From contig CAWHDZ010000034.1 of the NCBI GenBank assembly GCA_963828255.1, forward strand, positions 64,001 to 128,000: DNA of 64,000 nucleotides. The letters run 5' to 3'. The position numbers and the translations under genes are program-made. The notes beneath the pieces are model-generated. The model was not told where the DNA came from. It worked only from the letters and a program-made list of their open reading frames with translations, and did not search any database. Below are positions 1 to 11,282 of this stretch, piece by piece (within the stretch, counting starts at the first letter, position 1; each line of letters opens with the position of its first letter). This DNA is from an uncultured delta proteobacterium (GTDB lineage Bacteria > Myxococcota > Myxococcia > Myxococcales > Anaeromyxobacteraceae).

Positions 1-768
1 TCCGTGGCCGGGGAGAGCATGTCGCTGGCCGACGCCTTCAAGCGTGCCGACGAGGTGCTGCTGAACGCCGTGCAGGGCATCTCCGACCTGATCACGGTGC
101 ACGGCCTCGTCAACGTGGACTTCGCCGACGTTCGCACCATCATGGCCGAGCAGGGGATGGCGCTCATGGGCTCGGGCCGCGCCTCCGGGCCGGGCCGCGC
201 GGTGGAGGCCATGCAGGCCGCCATCAGCTCGCCGCTCCTCGAGGACGTCACCCTCGACGGCGCCATGGGACTGCTGGTGAACATCACCGGCGGCTCCACG
301 CTCACCCTGCACGAGGTGGACGAGGCGGTGTCGATGGCCCAGGCCGCCGCCGACCCCGACGCCAACATCATCTTCGGATCGGTGGTGGACGAGCGGATGG
401 AGGACGAGGTCAAGATCACCGTCATCGCCACCGGCTTCGCCCGCGCCGAGGGGGCCCGTCCCCGCGGCGCGACGCCGCGCCAGGCGACGCTGCCGGTGAC
501 CGCGGTGGCCGCGGTCCGGCGGGAGGCCCCTCCCCCGCTGCCCGTCCCGGCCCGTTCCGCCGAGGTCCGCGCCGCGCCGGCCCGGCCGATGACGACCCGG
601 GCCGTGGCCATGCCGCCCACCGACGACGTGCCTCCCGCACCGCGCCCGCGCCCCGCGCCGGCCACCGTCCGGGCCTTCCGTGACGTCGGGTCCTACACGC
701 CTGCCGACGAGGATCAGTACGACATCCCGGCGTTCCTGCGACGGGGCGGGGCACCCAAGGAGACGTAG
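1..768 (+). CDS. ftsZ: Cell division protein FtsZ, 3' part (5' end outside window)
   Basis: [14 protein letters not shown] (T7 loop), [14 protein letters not shown]...ITVIATGF, Pro/Ala-rich linker and C-terminal core peptide YDIPAFLRR. Confidence 0.98.
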   Translation, partial: SVAGESMSLADAFKRADEVLLNAVQGISDLITVHGLVNVDFADVRTIMAEQGMALMGSGRASGPGRAVEAMQAAISSPLLEDVTLDGAMGLLVNITGGSTLTLHEVDEAVSMAQAAADPDANIIFGSVVDERMEDEVKITVIATGFARAEGARPRGATPRQATLPVTAVAAVRREAPPPLPVPARSAEVRAAPARPMTTRAVAMPPTDDVPPAPRPRPAPATVRAFRDVGSYTPADEDQYDIPAFLRRGGAPKET

Positions 769-778
769 GCGGGCGGGG

Positions 779-998
779 CGCCTTCGTTCCGTCAGGACGT
801 CTGCCGCCGGCGCCTGGGCGCCCCCCTCCGCTCCGCTGTCCTCGCGGCGAGGGTGCTTCCAGCCGGGCTGCGCCGGGCCGCACCGGACCAGAGCGACGCC
901 CGCTCCCGGCGCCCGCTGCGAAGGCTCCGCTCCGAGGGACGCCCGCGCCGGCTGGGACGGCCCGGGCCGAAGGCGACGCGGGCCTGCGCTCTTCGTGG
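779..998 (+). repeat. Dispersed repeat family A, single arm (copy A1)
   Basis: Starts CGCCTTCGTTCCGTCA...CGTCTGCCGCCGG 11 nt after the ftsZ stop; shares CCAGAGCGACGCC, GAGGGACGCCCGCGCCGGCTG and GGCCGAAGGCGACGCG blocks with 4657-4877; distal boundary approximate. Confidence 0.85.
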
Positions 999-1415
999 TG
1001 CCGCCCGGGCGCACGAACGGCGGGGGGAGGGCGTTCGCGGGGATGGCGGGTGCCGGCGCTGCGGCGATTGGTGCGTTCGTCGAGGGCGGTCAGTTGCCGC
1101 CGGCGACGACGACTTCTCGATCGAGACGATCCGGACGTAGGTCCCGGGGAAGAAGCTGGCGGTGTCCTTCAGGAGCAGGAGCGACGCCTGAACGCGCAGC
1201 CCGGGGACCTTGAACTCGTCCGGCAGCGGAAACGGCGTGTAGACCACACCCGAGTCGGCCTCGATGTACCACCAGCCGGTCTCGAGGTTCCCGTACTGAA
1301 CGGTGCCCTGGGTGTCCACCACCGGTTCGGAACTGCCGCCGCAGGCGACGACCGACACGGCGAAGACGAGGAGCAGGAGCAGGCGACCCAGGGAGACCTC
1401 CCGAGGGATCAGCAC
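792..1415 (-). CDS. Small lipoprotein of unknown function; the true 3' end may be the TGA at 1090-1092
   Basis: GTG start, hydrophobic signal with lipobox VVA-C, globular region (GWWYIEADSGVVYTPFPLPDEFKVPGLRV); beyond ~1110 the frame becomes low-complexity and runs into repeat A1. Confidence 0.7.
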   Translation of the reverse strand: MLIPREVSLGRLLLLLVFAVSVVACGGSSEPVVDTQGTVQYGNLETGWWYIEADSGVVYTPFPLPDEFKVPGLRVQASLLLLKDTASFFPGTYVRIVSIEKSSSPAATDRPRRTHQSPQRRHPPSPRTPSPRRSCARAAPRRAQARVAFGPGRPSRRGRPSERSLRSGRRERASLWSGAARRSPAGSTLAARTAERRGAPRRRRQTS

Positions 1416-1419
1416 ACGC

Positions 1420-1448
1420 ACGCTACGTGGAGGGCTCCTCGCCGTCAA
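1420..1448 (-). promoter_or_regulatory. Putative sigma70 promoter for the lipoprotein gene
   Basis: TTGACG-N17-TAGCGT on the minus strand, 4 nt before GTG 1415. Confidence 0.5.
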
Positions 1449-1464
1449 CGGGAAGCCGCGAGCA

Positions 1465-1668
1465 CCCGCCCGCATCTCCCCATGAGGCGAGCTGTCCGCG
1501 GCGCCTTCGCCCCGGGCCGCCTCGCAGATCCGCTCCGTCGTGCCGGCGATGCTCGGGCTCGGCGTGACCCGGCGCCATTCACCCGAGGTGCACCACCACC
1601 CTGAGGACAAGCGTCGCGGAGAGGGGCGCCCACGCGCTGGCGGCAGACGCCCGGATGGAACGAAGGCG
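1465..1668 (-). repeat. Dispersed repeat family A, single arm, inverted (copy A2)
   Basis: Reverse complement reads CGCCTTCGTTCCATCCGGGCGTCTGCCGCC...CCCTCTCCGCG...GGGTCACGCCG...CGAAGGCGCCGCGGACAGCTCGCCTCATGGGGAGAT, matching 4657-4885 with an internal deletion. Confidence 0.85.
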
Positions 1669-1683
1669 AACCGCCGACCCGCG

Positions 1684-2307
1684 TCAAGGGGGCGCTACCG
1701 GCACCGGCTCGTCGGGCAGCACGTCCGCCGGCGCGCCGTCGAGCCCGAGGCGCGCCGCGATGGCGACCTGCGCGCGGATCACGATCCCCACCAGCTCCGG
1801 CAGCGGCGTCCCCCATTCCTCCGCGCCCCGCGTGATGTAGCCGCGGTCCACCGAGCGGGCGAAGGCCTTGTCCTTCATGCGCTTCACCACCGACTCCACC
1901 GGGACGTCGGCCACCTTCTTCGACGGGCGGACCAGCGCGCAGGCGCCGACGAACCCGGAGAGCTCGTCGGCGGCCAGGATGGCCTTCTCCATCGGTGTCA
2001 CCCGCTCGATGTTCGTGTAGAAGGCGTGCGCGCCGACCGCCCGGATCACCGGTTCGGGCCAGCCCCGCTCCCGGAGGATCTCCATCCCGCGCCAGACATG
2101 GTCCGCCTCGGTCGGGAAGCGTTCGTAGTCGAAGTCGTGGAGGAGCCCCACCACGCCCCAGGTCTCGACCTCGGCCGGGTCGGCGACGCCGCGGCTCCGC
2201 GCCAGGGCCCGCATGGTGGCCTCCACCGAGAGCGCGTGGCGGCGCAGCGGCTGGGACGGGGTGAACTCGGCGAGCAGGCTCCAGGCGGCGGCGCGGTCGA
2301 ATGGCAT
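1684..2307 (-). CDS. HD/HDIG-domain metal-dependent phosphohydrolase
   Basis: H...GLLHDFDYE motif, AHA, ADELSGF, MKDKAFAR; ATG at 2307. Confidence 0.9.
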   Translation of the reverse strand: MPFDRAAAWSLLAEFTPSQPLRRHALSVEATMRALARSRGVADPAEVETWGVVGLLHDFDYERFPTEADHVWRGMEILRERGWPEPVIRAVGAHAFYTNIERVTPMEKAILAADELSGFVGACALVRPSKKVADVPVESVVKRMKDKAFARSVDRGYITRGAEEWGTPLPELVGIVIRAQVAIAARLGLDGAPADVLPDEPVPVAPP

Positions 2308-2333
2308 GGCGAGTCCCGTTATAGAGTCCCGCC

Positions 2334-3332
2334 ATGATCCTCGCACCCGCAGCCCTCCTCACCCTGGCCGCCCTGGCCGCCCCTGCCGCACCCGAGGTCC
2401 CGCGCCGCCCCGTCCACACCTACTCCATCGTCGCCCGCGACCCGGCCACCGGGGATCTCGGCGTGGCGGTCCAGTCCCACTGGTTCTCGGTGGGCACCAC
2501 CGTCACCTGGGCCGAGGCCGGCGTGGGCGCCGTGGCCACCCAGTCGTTCGTGGATCCGAGCTACGGCCCGCTGGGACTCGCGATGATGCGCGCCGGGAAG
2601 AGCGCGCCTGACGCGCTCGCCGGCCTGCTCGCCGCCGACGCGGAGCGGGAGGTCCGGCAGGTGGCCATGGTGGACGCCCAGGGTCGCGTGGCCGCCCACA
2701 CCGGGAAGAAGGACATCCAGGCCGCCGGCCAGCACGTCGGGAAGAGCTACTCGGTGCAGGCGAACCTCATGGCGAACGACAAGGTCTGGCCGGCCATGGC
2801 CAGGGCCTTCGAGTCCGCCACGGGCGACCTGGCCGAGCGCATGATGGTCGCGCTCGAGGCCGCCCAGGCCGTCGGCGGGGACATCCGCGGCCAGCAGTCG
2901 GCCGCCATCATCGTGGTTCCCGGCACCCCGAGCGGCCGTCCCTGGGCCGACCGGATCTTCGACCTCCGCGTCGAGGACCACCCGAGGCCCCTCGAGGAGC
3001 TTCGCCGCCTCCTGCTGGTCGCCCGCGCCTACCGTCACATGAACGCCGGCGACCTGGCGGTCGAGAAGAAGGACGTTCCGGGAGCCGAGCGGGAGTACGG
3101 CGCGGCCATGAAGATCCTGCCCGACTCGGCCGAGGTGGTCTTCTGGTACGCCGCCGCGCTCGCGATGGCGGGAGAGGTCGATCGGTCCCTGCCGCTCTTC
3201 GCCCGGGCCTACGCCCTCGACCCGGCCTGGCGGACGCTCGTGCCCCGCCTCCCCGCCTCCGGGCTCCTCCCCGCCGATCCGGCCGTCCTCTCCCGCATCG
3301 AGAAGGCCGGCGCGCCCGGGCCCGCCCGGTAG
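2334..3332 (+). CDS. DUF1028 (Ntn-hydrolase-like) protein with signal peptide and C-terminal TPR-like region
   Basis: TYSIVARDPATGDLGVAVQS, GVGAVATQS, GGDIRGQQSAA, DLRVEDHPRPLEEL. Confidence 0.9.
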   Translation: MILAPAALLTLAALAAPAAPEVPRRPVHTYSIVARDPATGDLGVAVQSHWFSVGTTVTWAEAGVGAVATQSFVDPSYGPLGLAMMRAGKSAPDALAGLLAADAEREVRQVAMVDAQGRVAAHTGKKDIQAAGQHVGKSYSVQANLMANDKVWPAMARAFESATGDLAERMMVALEAAQAVGGDIRGQQSAAIIVVPGTPSGRPWADRIFDLRVEDHPRPLEELRRLLLVARAYRHMNAGDLAVEKKDVPGAEREYGAAMKILPDSAEVVFWYAAALAMAGEVDRSLPLFARAYALDPAWRTLVPRLPASGLLPADPAVLSRIEKAGAPGPAR

Positions 3333-3386
3333 CCCCCCGGGGCATGGACTCCCGCCCCGACCCGTGCTCCAATCCGCCGCCAGACC

Positions 3387-4151
3387 ATGAATTCCAAGCT
3401 CGTTTCCGCCGCCTGGGTCGTTCTCGGCGTGGCCGTCGCCGTCCCGGCCACCGGCTGGTTCCTCTCCTCGTCGGCGCGGGAGGCCAGCCGGCTCGCCTTC
3501 CGCCCCGACGGCACGGACCTCAAGGCCACCGACGTCGACAACGCGCTGCGGGAGCTCTCGCAGAAGCTGAAGCAGGTCGAGTCCAGCCAGGCCGCCATGC
3601 AGGGGGTGGCGGTGGTGCAGGACGCGGCCATCGGGGACGTGAGGAGCCAGGTCGCCAAGGTCGCCCTGTCCGATGAGGAGGCGCAGGGGCGCCTCAAGGC
3701 GCTCGAGGGGCGCATCTCCGAGGTGGCCTCGCCGCGGCGCCGGATCGAGTACACCGACGGCAGCGAGACCTCCTCGGTGGCGGCCTCCTACGTCCTCCTG
3801 CGCAACATGGGGAGCTTCTCCAAGGCGTCGCCCCAGTCGACGGTCCTCCTCACCTGGAACACCCACGTGGACGCGGTGGGCGAGCCGGGAACCTTCTGCG
3901 ACTTCCAGCTCCGGGTCGATGGGAAGCCGGACACCGATCGGGACGGGGGAGGCGGGCGCGCCGTGGTCTACGTGCCGCCCAGCAGCACGGGCGGCTCGTC
4001 GCCTGTGACGGTCGCGGCCCTCTTCGGCCGGGTCGGCGCGGGGAGCCACACCGCCAGCGTCTGGGTGCGCGGCACGGCCCGCGAGTGCATGGAGAACTAC
4101 GGCAACTTCCCGCGCACCATCATCGCGGAAGAGGGACCGCGCGCGGAGTGA
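3387..4151 (+). CDS. Membrane-anchored coiled-coil protein with a C-terminal beta-rich domain (CTHRC1-C-like, see findings)
   Basis: N-terminal hydrophobic helix, heptad-like region (LRELSQKLKQVE...LKALEGRI), beta-rich C-terminus; genome-typical codon usage. Confidence 0.8.
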   Translation: MNSKLVSAAWVVLGVAVAVPATGWFLSSSAREASRLAFRPDGTDLKATDVDNALRELSQKLKQVESSQAAMQGVAVVQDAAIGDVRSQVAKVALSDEEAQGRLKALEGRISEVASPRRRIEYTDGSETSSVAASYVLLRNMGSFSKASPQSTVLLTWNTHVDAVGEPGTFCDFQLRVDGKPDTDRDGGGGRAVVYVPPSSTGGSSPVTVAALFGRVGAGSHTASVWVRGTARECMENYGNFPRTIIAEEGPRAE

Positions 4152-4166
4152 CCGTCGCGCGGCGCC

Positions 4167-4541
4167 TCAGCGCCGCGCCAGCACGCCCTCGGATCGCGCG
4201 GTGAGCGCGCTGGTCCGCAAGAGCAGCGCCTGGACCTGCTCGTAGACCGCGTCGGCGTCGATGCGCTCCGGCGTCTCGATCTCGGAGATGCGCGCCAGCA
4301 GGTCGCAGACCTTGAGCAGGTGCTGGTGTGCGAGCAGGAGGTCGCGGCCCAGGCGCGCGCCCACCCGCGAGTAGATGACGCCCGACTGGAAGAGGCGGGC
4401 CAGCGCGCGCTTGTTGGCGTCGATGACCTGGCGGGTGCGGCGCTGGTAGTCCACCAGCCGGCGCGCCTCGCGGACCCGGGCCAGCTCGATGACCGGGGTC
4501 TCGCGTCGGGCGGCTCGCACCGTGACCGTCAGGATCTGCAC
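4167..4541 (-). CDS. Hypothetical helical protein
   Basis: Open frame with typical codon bias (VIELARVREARRLVDYQRR...GRDLLLAHQHLLKV); start codon uncertain. Confidence 0.7.
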   Translation of the reverse strand: MQILTVTVRAARRETPVIELARVREARRLVDYQRRTRQVIDANKRALARLFQSGVIYSRVGARLGRDLLLAHQHLLKVCDLLARISEIETPERIDADAVYEQVQALLLRTSALTARSEGVLARR

Positions 4542-4651
4542 CTCATGGCCGCATGGTAGGTGCGGGGCCGAGGCGCGGTCAACGGTTCCGGGCGCGACGC
4601 AGCGCGCCAACGTCGGTGGCGGCCTTGACTTCCGGACGGAGGCTGTTTCGA

Positions 4652-5176
4652 GGATCGCCTTCGTTCCGTCATCACGTCTGCCGCCGGGCGCTGGGATGTC
4701 CCTCTCCGCGGCGCTGGTCCTCGCGGGGATGGTTCACTTATAGTATGTGGCGTCGGGTCACGCCGCGCCAGAGCGACGCCGGTTCCCGACGCCCGCTGCG
4801 GAGGCGCCGCTATGAGGGACACCCGCGCCGGCTGAGGAAGCCCAGGCCGAAGGCGACGCGAACAGCGTGCCTCGTGGGGAGATCCGGACGGCCACGCGCG
4901 GGTGGCGCGGCTGCGTGCGACCGGTCGCCGGTGAACATCCGCGTGCCGCAGTTCCCACACGGAAGCTCCGCGGGTGGCCACTCGTCGAGCAACGGCGGCG
5001 ACTGCACCGCGGCCTGGCGGGGTCCGTCCTTCCGCCAGGCGCCCGGGGTGCCCTCGGCGCGGGTCGCCTCCGCAGCGGCGACCCGATCATTCCCCGCCTC
5101 CGCTGTACGCGCCGCGAGGACCAGCGACCCCAGCGACGAGGCGTACCCACGGGGCGCCGGCATCCGGAAGCAGACG
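4652..5176 (+). repeat. Dispersed repeat family A, full two-armed fold-back copy (A3)
   Basis: Nested inverted matches 4675-4681/5170-5176, 4712-4726/5112-5126 (15 bp exact), 4794-4806/5065-5077 (13 bp exact), central palindrome GCGACCGGTCGC at 4917-4928; homologous to ~31030-31725 on the minus strand. Confidence 0.85.
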
Positions 5177-5194
5177 GGCCGCCACGGCCCGCGT

Positions 5195-7873
<2,679 letters not shown>

Positions 7874-7928
7874 TTGTCTCGTTCTTCCGTGGGGAAGGGC
7901 TTAGATAACAGAGGGAGCCCTGGCGCGG

Positions 7929-8345
7929 CTACTGGACCGGCAGGTCCACCCGGAAGCCCCCGCGCTCCCTGACCAGCACCACGTCGGCGGTCTTCGCGCC
8001 GGGCGCCTCCACCCGCAGCACGGCCCGATCCGGCCCCACCTCCACCACCACGATCGACGTGGGGGGACGGACCGCCAGAGGTGCATCCCCCGCCAGCATG
8101 GCACGCGCGCTCGGCGGCACCACCCCGGGCGCGGCCGCCGCGGCCACCCTGGCCCGCTCGGCGAGCCGCCCCTGCGTCGCGGCCGAGAGCAGGTCCCAGG
8201 CCGCCTCCTCGTCCCGCTCGGCCATGGCCTTCACCAGCGCCCGGTAGGCGGCGTCGGGAGGGAGGTCCCGCTGGCAGGCGGGGACGGCGAGGAGGAGCGC
8301 CACCGCGAAGGGGAAGAGGTACGGCGAGGCGAGGTGGCGCTTCAT
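7929..8345 (-). CDS. Small lipoprotein, unknown function
   Basis: ATG overlaps the trmB stop (ATGA); signal peptide with lipobox VPA-C; AYRALVKAMAERDEEAAWDLLS. Confidence 0.8.
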   Translation of the reverse strand: MKRHLASPYLFPFAVALLLAVPACQRDLPPDAAYRALVKAMAERDEEAAWDLLSAATQGRLAERARVAAAAAPGVVPPSARAMLAGDAPLAVRPPTSIVVVEVGPDRAVLRVEAPGAKTADVVLVRERGGFRVDLPVQ

Positions 8346-8959
8346 CGGGACTCCCGGGGCCGGGCCATGCGCAGCCGCCACACCGGCTGGCCGGTGGCCA
8401 GGTAGCGCTTCTCGCGTGTGGAGGGGATCTCGTCGGGGTCGCGATCGGCGAAGCGCCCGGCCCCGAGCACGTTCTCGAAGCCGGCCTCCTCGAGCCGAAC
8501 CACGGCGTCCCGGGCGTAGCGCTCCACGTCGGTGCGGAAGTCGAGAAGCCCGCCCGGGCGCAGGAGCCGGAGGATCAAGGTGGACATCCCATCGTCCACG
8601 AGCCGCCGCCGCTCGTGCTTGCGCTTCCACCAGGGGTCGGGGAAGTGGACGTGGACCGCGGCGAGCGATCCTTCCGGAAAGATGCGCGGCGCCAGGATCC
8701 GGGCGTCGCCCATGAGGACCACCAGGTTCGAGAGCTTCCGCCCGCGGGCCTTCCCGTCGAGGTCGGCGGCGAACTTGCGCCTCTGCTCCACCGCCACGAG
8801 GACCCGGTCCGGGTGGCGGGCCCCGAAGGCCAGCGCGTACCCGCCGTGCCCCGAGCCGATCTCCAGCTCCAGGTTCTTCGCCGCCGCCCCGAGCCTGGCG
8901 GCCCAGTCGGGGTGCATGTCGAGCGCGATGGGCGCCTCGTCTCGGTCCGAAAAGATCAT
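8342..8959 (-). CDS. trmB: tRNA (guanine-N7)-methyltransferase
   Basis: LEIGSGHG SAM motif, HFPDPWWKRKHERRRL, FRTD, STREKRY. Confidence 0.93.
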   Translation of the reverse strand: MIFSDRDEAPIALDMHPDWAARLGAAAKNLELEIGSGHGGYALAFGARHPDRVLVAVEQRRKFAADLDGKARGRKLSNLVVLMGDARILAPRIFPEGSLAAVHVHFPDPWWKRKHERRRLVDDGMSTLILRLLRPGGLLDFRTDVERYARDAVVRLEEAGFENVLGAGRFADRDPDEIPSTREKRYLATGQPVWRLRMARPRESR

Positions 8960-9003
8960 CCGCTTGAAGGTCCCCTGGCTGGATTCGGTGATAATGGGCG
9001 ACC

Positions 9004-10611
9004 ATGCGCCGCGCCCTGGCCGCCGCCCTCTGCACTTCCCTGCTCCTCGCCGGCTGCGGGCGGAAGCGCGAGTACCCGCCTCCCGACCGCTACGTCCCCG
9101 CCGACGCCTCCCTGGCGGTGCTGGTGCCCGGTGTCGGCACCGCGGCCCGGCAGGCCGGCGCACTCTACCGCACCATCGCCCAGGCGCCCCAGGCCGTGCA
9201 GCTCACCGAGGCCCACGCCGGCCTGAAGGCCCAGCTGGGATTCGACCCGCTCGACCCGCGCGGCATGGAGCAGGCGGGGGTGGATCCGGCCGGGGCGGCG
9301 GCGGCGGCGCTCGGGTCGGCCTCCCCGGCGCTGCTGGTGGTGCCGGTGCAGGACCTGGCCAAGCTGGACGCGACCCTCTCCCGCCTGGCCCGCGACCGCA
9401 TGGGGGCCACGCAGCGGGTCACCGTCCAGCTGCGCGGGGTCGAGGTGGTCACCTTCCGGCGCGAGGGCAAGGGGCCGGCCGCGCTGGCCTATGCCGCCAT
9501 CGGCCCGCACGCCCTTCTCGCCTCCGGCCCGGACGCACCCGAGACCGTGGCCGCCGCCGCCACCCTCCCCGAGGACCGCTCCCTCTGGAAGAGCCCGGCC
9601 GCGGCCCGCGCGCGCGAGGCCCTCGGCGCGGGATTCCTGGTCACCGTCCTCGCCCCGGCCGGGTCGACCGCGCTCTCCGACGTCCGCGTGGCCCGTGACG
9701 GCGCGGCGCTGGGGATCCGGGCCGAGTCGGCGCGGCTCGGGCTGAGGCTCGCGCTCCTGCTCCCCCCGGAGCGGGAGGGCTGGTGGAAGACCTTGCGCGG
9801 AGAGGGGCCCGTGGACGGCGGCGCGGCGGCGCTGGTCCCGCCCGACGCGGCCCTGGTCGTGCGCTTCGCCGGGGATCCGGCCGAGGCCACCCGGCGCCTC
9901 GAGCCCTGGTATCCACCCCAGGTGAAGAAGGCCTTCGCCGCCCAGCGGCTCGACCCGGTGACCGGCCTCGCCCCGGCCTTCGGCCCGGGCGGCGCCCTCT
10001 CCCTGGCGCTCGCCCCCACCTTCACGCTGACCGACTTCTCCTCCCCCCGCTTCGACCTGCGCCGGGTGGACCCCTTCTCCTTCGTCCACCTCGACGCGGT
10101 CCTGCCGGTGCGCGACGCCGCGGTGCTGCGCGCCTTCCTGGCCCGGCTGCAGAAGGCCGGCCCCCGCCTCTCCCTCAAGGTGGCCGCGCGCGGACCGGCC
10201 GCCGAGCCCACCGGGTGGACGCTCTCCTGGGGCAAGGCGCAGCTCGGCCTGGCCCTCTCGGGCGGGCGGCTGCTCGTCGCCGGTGGGGCGCCGCGCCTGG
10301 CCGCGCTGGAGGCCCGCCCGGCCGCGGGCCAGGGCTACGCCGCGCCAGGCCCGGCGGCGCAAGCCGCCCTCTCCTCGGGGCTCGCCGGCGCCGTCCTCGA
10401 CGTCGAGCACCTGGCCCGATCGGTCGAGGCGCTCCCCGAGGAGGCCTACGGCACCGGCCCCAACGCCGTGGTCATGCGCTCGCTGGTGAACCGCTACCTC
10501 GAGCCGGCCACGGCCCTCTCCACCGTCTCGCTGCGGCTCGAGCTTTCGCCCGGGGCCGCCCTGGTGGACCTGGACGTGGACGGCCGGAGCGAGCCGAAGC
10601 CGCGCCCGTGA
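9004..10611 (+). CDS. Lipoprotein associated with the ABC transporter genes
   Basis: Lipobox LAG-C; stop overlaps the GTG of the downstream ABC ATPase. Confidence 0.8.
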   Translation: MRRALAAALCTSLLLAGCGRKREYPPPDRYVPADASLAVLVPGVGTAARQAGALYRTIAQAPQAVQLTEAHAGLKAQLGFDPLDPRGMEQAGVDPAGAAAAALGSASPALLVVPVQDLAKLDATLSRLARDRMGATQRVTVQLRGVEVVTFRREGKGPAALAYAAIGPHALLASGPDAPETVAAAATLPEDRSLWKSPAAARAREALGAGFLVTVLAPAGSTALSDVRVARDGAALGIRAESARLGLRLALLLPPEREGWWKTLRGEGPVDGGAAALVPPDAALVVRFAGDPAEATRRLEPWYPPQVKKAFAAQRLDPVTGLAPAFGPGGALSLALAPTFTLTDFSSPRFDLRRVDPFSFVHLDAVLPVRDAAVLRAFLARLQKAGPRLSLKVAARGPAAEPTGWTLSWGKAQLGLALSGGRLLVAGGAPRLAALEARPAAGQGYAAPGPAAQAALSSGLAGAVLDVEHLARSVEALPEEAYGTGPNAVVMRSLVNRYLEPATALSTVSLRLELSPGAALVDLDVDGRSEPKPRP

Positions 10612-11282
10612 TCGCGCTCCGCCACATCACGAAGCGCTTCCGGGACGGCGAGCGCCAGGTCGAGGTGCTCCGCGACCTCGCGCTCACGGTGCCGCGGGGG
10701 ACCTTCACCGCGGTGGTCGGGCCCTCCGGCTCCGGGAAGTCCACCCTGCTCTACGTCGCCGGGGCGCTCGACGCCGACTACGACGGCGAGGCGGTGGTGG
10801 CCGGCAAGGACCTGAAAGCGCTCTCCGCCCGGGAGCGGGCCGCCTTCCGGAACGGGTCGGTGGGGTTCGTCTTCCAGTCCTTCAACCTCCTGCCCTCCCT
10901 CCCCGCCATCGAGAACACCATGCTCCCGGGGCTCTTCGTGCCTCCCGGGTCACCGGCCCCCTCGCTCGGCCAGCTCCGCGGCCGCGCGCTAGAGGCGCTC
11001 GACAGGGTGGGGCTCGCCGACAAGGCGGCGCGCCTGCCCGGCCGGCTCTCGGGGGGCGAGCGGCAGCGGGTGGCCATCGCACGCGCGCTGCTGTCGCGCC
11101 CCGCCGTGCTGCTCGCCGACGAGCCCACCGGCAACCTCGACGCGGTGAGCGGCGAGGCGGTCATCCAGCTCTTCTCGGCCATGGTCCGGGACGGGGTCAC
11201 CGTGCTCGTGGTCACGCACGAGGAGCGGGTCTCGGCCGTCGCCGGCCAGGTCCTCCACCTCGAGGGAGGTCGGCTCCGGTGA
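10608..11282 (+). CDS. ABC transporter ATP-binding protein (LolD/MacB-like)
   Basis: Walker A GPSGSGKST, GFVFQSFNL, LSGGERQRVAIARAL, ADEPTGNLD, VTH. Confidence 0.95.
   Translation: MIALRHITKRFRDGERQVEVLRDLALTVPRGTFTAVVGPSGSGKSTLLYVAGALDADYDGEAVVAGKDLKALSARERAAFRNGSVGFVFQSFNLLPSLPAIENTMLPGLFVPPGSPAPSLGQLRGRALEALDRVGLADKAARLPGRLSGGERQRVAIARALLSRPAVLLADEPTGNLDAVSGEAVIQLFSAMVRDGVTVLVVTHEERVSAVAGQVLHLEGGRLR

Noticed and set aside
4489..4743. Peptide RIAFVP...PPGAGMSLSAALVL shared by ORFs at 4489 and 31632
   Set aside because: It is a translation of repeat A; the frame is not kept in copies A1 and A2
4652..5176. Repeat A as a group II intron remnant, CRISPR array or T-box
   Set aside because: No domain V or RT, no regularly spaced repeat-spacer units, and it lies 3' of alaS rather than in its leader
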